64,000 nucleotides of DNA from Basidiobolus meristosporus CBS 931.73 (Eukaryota > Fungi > Basidiobolomycota). How positions within the stretch are numbered: position 1 is the stretch's first letter; each line of letters opens with the position of its first letter. The notes under the pieces are model-generated. The model was not told where the DNA came from, ran no database searches, and saw only the letters and a list, made by a program, of their open reading frames with translations. The stretch spans positions 1-64,000 of the forward strand of contig MCFE01000335.1 in assembly GCA_002104905.1 (NCBI GenBank). Direction: 5' to 3'. Shown here in pieces: positions 49,232-60,231 of the stretch. Made by a program: the position numbers and the translations under genes.

Positions 49232-52200
49232 GATGATGATGCAATCAAATGAGTCATCAGCCACAGCCTACATTAGGAAATACAATTAGTCATCAATTGA
49301 TCTGGCAAAATGTATATTAGGAGCTGCTGGAACCTCAATGAAAATTGGCTCAAGTTTTAGTGAATACAATACTAGCTAAACTCCCTATTCCTCTACAACT
49401 CTTATACCAAGATTTGTAACAATTGCATGCACCCATATTATTGTGATATAATGTTGTAGACATTTTTGATAAAAACCTAAATCTCTAAAGCGCTTCCTTT
49501 CCAACATATCTTCTTTTGTAGCCTAACAGACTGCCATATAATCTACCTCTGTGGTGGAAAGTGCTATGAAAGTTGCTTTTGTGAATTCCAGCAAGTTGCT
49601 CTTTTTCAGTAACAAAAGTGTAATGAGTGGTGTATCATCTGTCTTCAAGACTATGTTCCCAATCAGCATTAAAGCATCACAGATAATCCTGCTCTAAATC
49701 AATATATGAGTACCTCAAGCAGATATAAGCAATTCCTCTTGGGTATTTCAAAATTGGCTTAATTGCTGCAATATGATATGTTCCATAGTGCTAATTATGC
49801 TAGGTGACAGCTGCCACTGAATTTGAGATGTTGGGGCATTTTCAAAGCATGACATATGTCATCATGGTGACCATACATTGATAAGTAAAGTCAGGGCTTC
49901 TGGATGGCACCAAGCTCTGTTGATTTGGTGGAGAAGTGACTAACTTAAGGTATGCCTCCATTGGAGTGGTCACCAGATTACAATTTTCCAGCTGATATTT
50001 TTAAGTATATCTTAGATATACTAGACTGACTACAGGTGATAGTCTAGGTACTGCTGTCTATGAAGCACCTTATTCCTGAGTAGTGACAAGTTCTCCTAGA
50101 TTGGAAGTATGCAATTTAATAGATAGGCTGGATTTAGTTGCTTTTGAGATTTCTTTGTTATTGGTGACTGTAAGATCATCTACATATAGAGCTAATAGAA
50201 CTGGATTTGCCCTGTCTGGCCTATAGCAGATACTATAATCAGCTGTACTCCTTTAAAGGCTCAAAGATTTCAGATAAGAATGTATCTTGCAATTACTGGC
50301 TCTTAAGGATTGTTGCAGACCTTGTATTGACTTTTAAGCTTACAGACCAATTGTGGGGTGATATCGGTCAACATGCCCATAAGGCCAGTCCATGTATATA
50401 TCTCCACAAGCTTAACCATTGCAAAATGTAGTTTTTAGATGCATTTGGTATAATAAAACATATATTTGGCTGCAATAGCCAATATTAGCTCAATGGAATA
50501 CAATTTGGCTACCAACACAAAGGTTGTAGTATAGTCAAGTTATTTTGCTAAAAGTATCCTTTGGCCACAAAGTGAAACTAATAGACATAAAGCAAGTCAT
50601 CTGTCTTAAATTTTGTCTTGAAGACCCATCTGTTGCAAAAGTTTGTAATTCCACCTAAATAATCACCCACCTTAGTCACTTAGATCATTACCTTCAGATC
50701 CTAGAAAAACTGACCAAATTACTTGTTGGGATTTACTCAAAATATTTTCACCAAAATACCAGGTACTCAGAACATGAAAATTCTTAAAGTTGTCCAAACA
50801 GCCCTAAACTTTGCACACATGCTCTTGGGACCTTCCTTAAGCAATTCTACATGTTAGTACTGCCAAGAGCATGTAAAAGTATGAATACTACTTTACATTC
50901 AATAAATCATTAAGTGAAAACCACATAATCTGGTTATCCTCCCAATTACTTCCAAAATATACAAGATTCTTGCAACACCATCTGCATCCAATTGATTTAT
51001 GATTGACTTGTAATTTGGCTATGATGGAATTTTGATTTTTTACTCCTAGTCATTGCATATCTCCAAAAGCCTGTCTGAGAGCAATATTGAGCCTCTTTTA
51101 CAGTCTGGAGCTCACCAATATTGACTGAGTAGGGATAAACTAAGTTGGCATCCTCATTGATATTGTAATATGGGCTATATCAGGTATGCTAAGATCTCCT
51201 GGATTATATGACTGGAATGAGCACTGTAGATTAATTTTAGGTACTAATTCAGGTAAAACCACAGTGGTAGAGTCCCCTGGAGTGAAAGAACTCTCAGTGT
51301 TGTACTCTCATTCAACCTCTACTATTGGTAGAGTGCATATTTTTGTCATCATCCCATGTCATTTCTTGTAAGTTGCATGTTTTCATCAAATATCACACCC
51401 TTTGACTGGTTAAGCATCTTTGCTTTTCCATTGAAGAGTCCTCATGCCCTACTCTCATTGCAGTAGCCCAAAAATATGTGTTTAGCACTTTTTGGTGCAT
51501 ATTTTGACTGATTTATGGTCAGTTTCTTCGCATAAGATGTGCACCCAAATATTCTTTTGTTTTGTGATAACACTATGCCTTATGTGGAGTGTATTTACAA
51601 AGTATTTTGCTATAACTCCTTTCTCAGCAATATACTGCTGTAGCAACTGTTTTACCTTACATCATTCAATATTTTTTGATCAGGAATTATAGATCTTTCA
51701 GTGTGAGCTATTAGTCTGTTATCATGCTCTGCCACTGTATTTTGCCGTAGAGAATATGATAGAGTGGCCTCTTGCTTTATCCCATGAATTTTGCAGAAGT
51801 AGATGAAGAGCTTTGAGTCACTTTTTCCACCTTTGTCAGAGCATTTTTCTTGATTCTTCCACCAGTTTCTCTCTCCTACATTGTCATAAGCTCTCTGAGC
51901 TTAATCAAAGCTACTTCCTCTTTTTCTATGAAGTAGACCAACATGCATTTTGTGTAATAATCATCAAAAGTGACTAAATACATCATCCTGCCTAATGTTA
52001 TATCTGACTATGCCTGCACAGAGCTTGGTGAAATAGATGTAAATGTCTACCAGTTTGATTGACACAGGGCTCTGATAACTGTCTGGCTTCTTTCCCATAT
52101 ACTCAGGCAGCACAGTGCTCCAAATTAGCAACAGGATCAATTTTTACATTGGAAATTAGCTGATTGTTAGTCACTTTGCTCAAAAATTCAAAGTTGATGA

Positions 52201-52727
52201 ATCCAAGTCACCTGTGCCAAAGCATTGGTGTTTCCTCACGCAAGTCAGTAGTATTGGCATCCATATATGATGAAATATAAGCCAGCTTGTGCAGATTCAA
52301 ATTCCTAATACTTAAAGCAGTATAGGCACCATCTTGATCAGTAATCCTGCTTTCAGAATTGCCATAACTGAAACTGAGCCCTTCTGCTATGGCCTTGCTA
52401 ACAAATGGTAGGATTGTTGCTATATCTTTTACACATACTACATCTTTGAAAGTAAGTAAGTTGCTTCCTCCACTACTTCTAAGGTGTACTTGGTTAGTTC
52501 CACCTCCTACTGCATCAAGTGTTCTATTGCCACTTATGGAAACCTACTCCATTGAAATTTCTTGATATTGGGTAAAGCTATTATTGGTGCATAAATGTTG
52601 AGATGCTCCAGAGACAATTTACCATGTCTGAGAATCCTTGTTTGCGCTTATATTTAGTGCAGATACAAATAGTCTATCTTCAGTTCTTGCAACACTTCAA
52701 TATTCAGGCTTCTTTTGCAGATTATCT

Positions 52728-53290
52728 CCTTCAATAAAGAACTATTGTGATGATCCCATTGAAAGGCTGGCACAAAATTTAAATCCCAAGACTAAGAGGC
52801 ATTGAGGCCATTAGCACATGGTGCAAAGGCTGTTTAAAAAAAATTGCACCCCAGGTTTCACAAAAACTTGGTCAAAAATTTTCATCACAACAATTCATAA
52901 GTGGCACTTGATTGGTTCACTGCCAGTTCTCTCACTTTCTGATTGCAGACACTTGATCACCTCCTATGTGTATTTACATTGATTGGCTACTGCCTCTATT
53001 TCACACTCCTAACTTCCTGTCTCAAATAATGCCCTTACTTTTCATGTATACAAATTGGTATGATACCTTTCAATCTTCAGTTCTAACTCTATTGCCAGTT
53101 GTACTAGTCTATTCAGGTCCCTGTATTCAACACTAAAATTAAGCCTTACCTTACACTCAACAAGTAACTCCTTAAAAATCCACCATTCAATAAGTACTTA
53201 GGCCAAAATTCCCTTTTTCCATCATTTTGGCAGGAGCCCCAGAACTTTATGCCTTTGTTCATTAACCAGTTCCTGTTGCAGTTTATGAAA
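52728..53290 (-). mobile_element. CACTA right-end fragment
   Basis: Reverse complement of ~34800-35336; degenerate terminus. Confidence 0.7.
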
Positions 53291-54490
53291 TGATTTGATT
53301 ATAAGGAACTTATCAAGAAATAGTGATAATGGTTGGACTGTTGTTTATCCATAAAGAGGATCAGTATTTATGCCTTTGTAGATGTAATGCAGCTGTTACA
53401 CTAAGTAAGGAGGGTTTATTAGCATTCAGGAGCATTTGATAACAGTTTCAGGGTTAGAACATAATATTTGGTCAAAAGTGTTAGTTTGATTTTTACTACA
53501 GGAAAATAATGTTAGGTTCATAGATCTAAAAAAACTGGCAAAGCTGGGGCTGCAAATTAGTCCTAAAGAGACCAAGACTAGTCTAGAGTTGTTGAGTAAA
53601 TTTCTGGCTGCTGAATGCTACCAAATAGTTCAATATCTGAACATTTCCCTCAACTAAATAATTTCTCATTCTTCTCTGAGATTCTTGAATTGTGGTCTAG
53701 CTAGTGGTTTATCAATATATCTGCCACCATTTTGTCAATATATTGGCCACCATTTTGTCAGTTGGACAGTAAACTAACTCTACTAAGTTATTTTCTACAG
53801 CTTCCTTCACAAAGTTGTGTTATATAATTATAAGCATAGTACTGGCATGATTAGTAGAATTCCTGGCTAATGAGATACAACTTTGATTATCTTTGTGAAT
53901 ACATGTTGATTCATCTTAAGTAAAGTCTAAGTCTTCAAGTAAGCTCTATAGCCATATATCCTTAAGAGTTGCTTGCCAAGCAGTCATATATTCAGCTTCA
54001 GTTGTGGATAGGACCATATTTGGTTGTTTCTTGCAACTCCAATCAATAGCTGCACCAGCATAAAGAAATACATATCCTGTGGTAGAGCATCTATTAATCA
54101 GATCCCTACCCCACTTTGAATCCCTAGAACCATCAAATATTTGCCTATTAGCTGCTCCAGAGTATTCAGGTACCATATTTATGGTACCTTGTAGCTATTT
54201 GAAAATCCACTTAACCGCTGTGATTTGGCCTGATCCATAATTCAGCATGAGTTTACTGACTATTCAAACTGCCACTGCAGTAACTGGACATGTAGACACC
54301 ATCTAGTACATTGTGCTACCAACCATTGCTTGGTAGGGAAAGTTTTGGTCCATATTTGAACCATATTCACCTAAAACTGGCTGAGATTTGCTCAATTATA
54401 GATTATTGTCCTTAGGGATTGTTGCAGGTTTGCAATCTTCCATATTGGGTGTCCAGAAATATCCCTGATGTACTTAGACTGATAGAGCAC
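53290..54490 (-). mobile_element. Second Ty1/copia 3-prime fragment with probable LTR
   Basis: RCSTTGYVFLYAGAAIDWSCKKQ...LSTTEAEYM; purine tract then TGTTCAG near 53644; 24-bp tandem duplication at ~53725-53770. Confidence 0.75.
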
Positions 54491-55498
54491 AATTTTGTAG
54501 AACAGAAGTTTTGGTAAGAGAAGGTTGGTGGCTTATAAGAACTTAGTCATCATCCAACAATAACTTCTTGTAAGTTTGGTTGACAAAGATTGAGTTTGGG
54601 TTGTCAATAGGAACTTTGTTGTTAGGTATAACAATATTTATGTGGTTAGAAAAGGATTTTAAGTTATGCTTGTGAATACAAATAGGAATACAGATGTTAT
54701 CCAAAATATATTTTGGGATATAAATTGTGTTATAGTCAAGACATAGATCTCCGGTAATAACACTACAGGCAGATCTTTCTGTACGTTTTCCAAGCATAAT
54801 GTCACAAAAGATGCCATTTTTTCTGGACAGAAATTTTGCCATACCTTCTGTACATTTGGTGCCCACAATTTTTGAGTAAGCAAGATAAATGTTATGAACC
54901 TTGCCTTTTTTGGCATAGTTGACTAATTGTGTATATTTGGTGGATAAATCTGACATATATTCAGGATCTTCTGGGGAGCAAGTTTGAATAGGGGGGATGA
55001 GAATGTATTAATAATGTAATTGGTAATTTTGGAGTTATGATAGAGTTTAGAATTCTTTTCAAGGGTAGAACAAATTTTATCTAAGGATATTTTTATGCCT
55101 GATTCTTGAGAAGATTTGGAGGTAGGTTTGTGTAAAACTAACCCATCTCTAGTGACAGAATAACTACAAAAAAGTTTTGCTTTACATTGTGGCCATTTAG
55201 TTTCATCATGATTGGTGATTTTAATGCCGCATGAGCTACACATGTTGTTGAGTTTAAACTCTAAATCTTTTTTAAACAATGGGTGACATATGTAAGTGCC
55301 AATATTTAAGTATGCATAATGTCCTGTGCAGTGTTTATTACATTTGATGCAAATATCACCATGGGTGCAAGGACCAAATTTGGGATTGTAGATATCCCAA
55401 GACTTGTTGCGACAGAAGTCAGCAAGTTTGGTAATTTGTTGGTCACATAAAAGGTTACATTCCATAATGTGCATAGATGTGAGTGTTGGTAAGGACAT
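54490..55498 (-). pseudogene. Divergent, compact RNA polymerase largest subunit (RPB1/beta-prime) N-terminal third; virus-like
   Basis: KFGPC..GDICIKCNKHCTGHY Zn site; CHPLF...CSSC; ILIPPIQT after a frameshift near 55000; GKRTERSACSVITGD; VLISHQPSL; cut before NADFDGD. Confidence 0.85.
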
Positions 55499-55515
55499 TT
55501 TAAAAAAGTATTCTA

Positions 55516-55975
55516 TTAATTTGTAGATGCGTATCTAAAACAAATAAATTTGTTGCCAATCATGTATGCATTTTCATGCTCATGAATATGTTCACAAAAT
55601 CCTCAATAGGTTGGTTTAATACATTTCAAGGTTACTGGGCCACTGTCAAGGATTTTTCTAACTTTAAAACTGGCAGGGTTGGATGAAGGGGGAGTGTCTG
55701 AAGATGGTTTAGGTAAAGGAGGGTGGGAGATGAAATATTGGTGGAGTTGGGATTCAGGGATAGAGATGAGGTGCATAGTTTGTGTATTAATTTTACCCAA
55801 TAAGCTATCAGGGAAAGATTTGGGATAAATTTGTTGGGTGCCAAATAAGTATTTCCATCTTTTTTGTTGCCATTTGGTGGTACCTTAGAGGTGGAAACCT
55901 TGAACCAATTGTATATGCCAGTATCAACAAATAGAGTCCAGGGAGAGTTTTGTGAGAATTGGATCAGGGAATTGG
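55516..55975 (-). pseudogene. C-terminal half of an AEP-superfamily primase with Zn finger; virus-like
   Basis: Reading through stops: QGFHL*GTTKWQQKRWK (motif III-like) and LKCIKPTY*GFCEHIHEHENAYMIGNKFICFR. Confidence 0.65.
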
Positions 55976-55976
55976 T

Positions 55977-56391
55977 GAGAATGTGCTGCAGCCTTTTGCA
56001 ATGGCTGTTGTTGCCCCTGAACTCCACTGTAAGCATTGCAAAAGTCTTTCCAATTCTAGACCTCATTGCTTTGTGCATCAGTGGCATCTCCACTCTGTCT
56101 GCAGTGAAGGATGTGGAGGCTGTACTAAGTAAGTTGCTTTTTCTGCAAGCTCATCCACCTCACCATAGTGTAGCTCAGGTGACTGCACTTGCAACATGAG
56201 TAAAGAGCTTTTGTCTTATTTGTGAATCTTCTTGGCTATGATAGGATTTAGCCTATTCTAGGATTAGGCTTTTATTGGCAAGAACTACAGCTTTTCTTAC
56301 AGTTCCTTGTCTCTGGCTTGGGTAGATATTTTCCCCTTACCTTTTCCTTTAAACTGCCATGTCTTTTGCTGCCACTTTGTTGGAGTGCTTC
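55977..56391 (-). mobile_element. CACTA ORF2 internal fragment
   Basis: Reverse complement of ~34300-34690. Confidence 0.7.
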
Positions 56392-57412
56392 TGTGATGAT
56401 TGAAAGTATGCCTTTATTATAATATAACGAAACCAATACAGCACTTGTTTCTTTGTTTTGCCTCTGGCTATTATCAAATGCAAACAAAGGATCACAAATA
56501 TGCAACATTGATGGCCAAAAGCTCAATATCCCAGTAATTGTTTCATCCTAGAATATTATGTCATGCAGAGCACTCCGTAGCTGGCACATGTTTCAGGTTA
56601 TATCTCATTTGAAGGAGTACTTATGGAGTTATGATCACAAGAGTACAGTAACCATATACTAGTCCTCTATTGCTCTGATTATTATAGCCTTAAAACCCAT
56701 CAATTAATCCACCTGATTTTCTTACAGGTGCTGTGTCTATATTTGATCTGCACCACTGTAAAGGTTCAGCTTTGTATCAAATGTATTGAATGCCCAATTG
56801 TTCAAAAACTTTGCTCCTTCAGAATTCTTATATACTTGACTTCCCCAGCTGAAATATAAAGCAGAGCCTCTGTTTCCAGAACCTCCACATGGCAATTCCA
56901 AGTATAAAGGCTTTAGGACCTTACCTTCACTGCTTGCACTTTTAAGAATGTTGACTTTTGTTGGTACAACATCAGCAAGGCAACTGCAAAGCTCACAAGA
57001 GTCCAATGTAAGTTCTACAAGAAAACAACTACTTTCTATTGGAAAAGTCCCCTCCGCAATGCCCTTTCACTATAACAATACCCCTTTAGACACCCCTTTA
57101 GCCCAAATATCCCTTCAGTGACTCTTTCAAGAAGTCCCTTTACTCTAAGAAGTCTGTTTAAGCGCCCCTTTAGTGTCAAGTCCACATTAGAGACAACTCT
57201 AAGATGCCCCTTTAGTCTAAAGACACCACCTTAAGTCTAAGGTCCCCTTCCAAGACCCCTTAGCAATACTGCTAAGGTACATGGAGGGTTCAGAATTTGT
57301 AAATATGAAAATAATATCTCAGAAAGCCAAGTGACTTCCAGATCAGGTAAAGTTGCCATAACAGCTAATGCACCCAATAGCTGATGGAAGGTCAGAACCC
57401 TGCTGTAGAAGT
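56392..57412 (+). mobile_element. Family X copy, 3-prime truncated and fused to gypsy RT
   Basis: Start TGTGATGATTGAAAGTATGCC; CCCCTTTA repeats ~57080-57270; junction at TGGGGAGCAC. Confidence 0.7.
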
Positions 57413-60231
57413 GGGGAGCACCAGTACTATTTGTGAAGAGGAAGGATGGAACACTTAGGATGTGCTTTGACTACAGAGCCCTCAACTCAGTTACCATGAA
57501 GAATAAGTACCCCATACCTTGAATTGATGATTTTTTAGACCAACTCAATGGAGCCATTGTATTCATCAAGATTGGCCTTGTGTCAAGACACAACAAGATC
57601 AGTGTGAAGCCAGAAGACATCCCTAAGACAGTATTCAGGACCAGATATGGACATTACAAGTACTTAGTCATGAGTTTTGGCCTCACCAATGCCCCTTCAA
57701 CATTCATAACCCTGATGCAGACTATCTTCCAGGTGTACTTAGACAAGTTTATGATAATCTACCTAGATGGCATATAGATATACAGCAAGACAGAAGAGGA
57801 TAATTTGGTGCACACTGAAAAGGTCTTGATGAAGCAAAGAGAGAAAAAGCTATATGGCAAGCTACACAAGTGTGAATTCTTCAAGGAACATGCTGAATAT
57901 CTGGGAAACATAGTGACTAGCACAGGAGTAGCCTTAGACCCAAAGAAGGTTGAAGTTATTAAGAATCTGAAGCAGCCCCATAAAATAGCAGAACTCAGAT
58001 CATTCCTTAGAATAATCTCCTATTATTGGAGACTTGCCAAGTCCTTTGCATGTATTGCAGCCCCTTTAACTGATATCCTCAACAAGGACAATACCTGCAA
58101 GTGGGACATAGCTTGTGAGACTGCCTTCAAGATGCTCAAGAATGAACCTGCCAAGCTGCCCAGCTTAGGAATACCTGACTTCAGGAAAGAATTTACTCTG
58201 TGTTGATGCTTCAGATTATGCAATTGGTGGAGTGTTGAGACAAGAACACAAGGGAAAGTACTACCCAGTTGCCTCTGAGTCCAAGAAACTGAACTCAGCG
58301 GAACAACACTGTCCAGTGCATGAGAAGGTGATGCTTGCTATTATACACTGTTTGAAGACATGGAGATGCTATATTGCAGGAGTCAAATGCACTGTGAAGA
58401 CTGATCATGCCTCACTCATGTATATCTTTACTCAGAAGATACTCTCTAAATGAATGACAAGATGGAGTGAATATATTCAGAAATTTGATTTGGAGATTGT
58501 CTACTGCCCTGGGATAAACAACACGGTTGCTGATGACTTATCAAGATTGGAGTTAATTGTACAACTCAGCTTAGTGCATGAATCAGATTGGCCTAGCCTA
58601 TTACCAAAGTACTTGGAGGACCAAGCCATACGTAATAAGGTGGATGAAGATATCACAAAGATAATCTGGGATGAAGCCAGCAAATTTGTAGTACAGGATG
58701 AAACACTCTACCAAATTGCTGATGGAAGCCCTATTGAATATTGCCCTTATGTTACTTGCCTGGATCTAACACATAAGCTACACAATGGATATGGACATCT
58801 TGGAATTGCAGGAACCTATAGCCTTGTGAAAGCCTGAGCATGGTGGCCCAGAATGCAACATGACATTAAGAAGCCAGTGAAAACATGCCCAAATTGCCAA
58901 ATGAACCAAGGCTAACTACAGATAATTGCTGAACTCTTTCGCTTGGAGCTTGTAAGGCCATTTGAAAGATGGGGAACTACATTAGTGGAAGACTGCCAAC
59001 CACCAGGAAATGCAACCATTGGATCTTAGTAGCAATAGACCATGCCACCAAATGGCCAGTGGCTAAAGCTCTACCTGTAACAAGCAAACAAGAAGTTGCA
59101 AGTTTCATCTACTATGAGATCCTTATGAAGTTTGGATGCCCTGTAAAGATGCTATTTAATAGAGGTACAAACTTTATGGCAAAGACATTGGAGGCTTACC
59201 TGGATATGCAGCAGATGAAACACTTGAAAATCTTTGCTTATCACCCCAGAACTAATGGAGTCACTGAATGGTTTAATGGATTGTTTGGAAAAATGCTGAC
59301 CAAGTATGCAAATGGAGTTGTCAGTAGATGGGATGAGTATGTAGACCAAGCACTCTTTGCATGCAGAGTCAGAGTACACAACATCACCCAACAATTGCCA
59401 TTTTACTTAATATATGGATGTGAACAAAGGATTCCGGGAGATCTCACACAACCAAAGCTTACAGACACCTTAGAGGATAATCTCAGTCAGCCAAGTACAC
59501 ACCAGCAGCTGGAACAAAGACATCAATAGGCACAGACCAGGGTATCTCAAAGTGCAGAAATGATGAAACAGAGATTTGAAAAGACTATAGCACCAGAAGC
59601 ATTGACAGTTGGGAGCTATGTATTGCTAAGAAACAACACTTGGAAGAAGTGTGAGCCACAATGAACAGGACCATTCAATAGCATCAGAGAATGTCCATTT
59701 GCAACTTACCAACCAGTAGGCAAACAAGGCAATATCTGGGAAGACTTAGTATATAGGGACGGACTCAAGCTAGCAAGACTTGATGATAATATTGAATCAA
59801 CAACATATTGGTATCACAAGAAAACAGATTCAGAAGAACCCTCTCAACTTTGGTAGCGGAGAATGTTATAATCTACCGCTTGAATGATTAAGTTAGATCA
59901 CTTTTTAGTCAAATCAATTAGTTACATATCTAGCCTATCAGTATATCAGTGCTATTTATCAACTTGGTAGTATTAGTCAACAAATGAATCAGCAGATCCT
60001 TATCAGACAGAAATAGATATATTAAGTAGGATCTTAGTGGGTGATGATGATGCAATCAAATGAGTCATTGCCACAGCCTACGTTAGAAAATATAATTAGT
60101 CAGCAATTGATCTAGCAAAATGTATATAAGGGGCTGCTAGAACCTCAATAAAGATTAGTTCAAGTTTCAGTGAATACATTACTATCTAAACTCCCTATTC
60201 CTCTACAACTCTTATGCCAAGACTTGTAACA
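57413..60231 (+). mobile_element. Second Ty3/gypsy copy: RT, RNase H, integrase and 3-prime LTR (59864-60231)
   Basis: RT YLDGI; integrase WILVAIDHATKW and YHPRTNGVTE; 368-bp LTR matching 41322. Confidence 0.85.

Larger units (their letters stand above)
41322..49421 (+). mobile_element. Ty3/gypsy LTR retrotransposon with both LTRs and a 4-bp TSD
   Basis: 5-prime LTR 41322-41690; 3-prime LTR 47616-49421 (interrupted); TSD ATTG; gag with CFNCHKQGYIAKFC; [13 protein letters not shown] and YLDDI; RNase H ADASDYAIGGVL. Confidence 0.9.
41100..52727 (-). mobile_element. Ty1/copia relic (protease, integrase, RT, RNase H) split in RNase H by the gypsy element
   Basis: SGASQHLC protease motif ~52600; RT ~49700-50620; RNase H reads through the insertion (HNNMGAC...AKHTDIGYDF...CPTDEIFADIFTK). 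Confidence 0.8.

Noticed and set aside
54490-55498. Decayed duplicate of host RPB1/RPA1/RPC1
   Set aside because: Too compact and divergent, intronless, and abutting a primase-like gene; disfavoured but needs a phylogeny to exclude.
55603-55800. Chromodomain reading of FKVRKILDSG (gypsy integrase tail)
   Set aside because: No YLVKW or TWEP core in that frame; the same frame fits a primase Zn finger much better.
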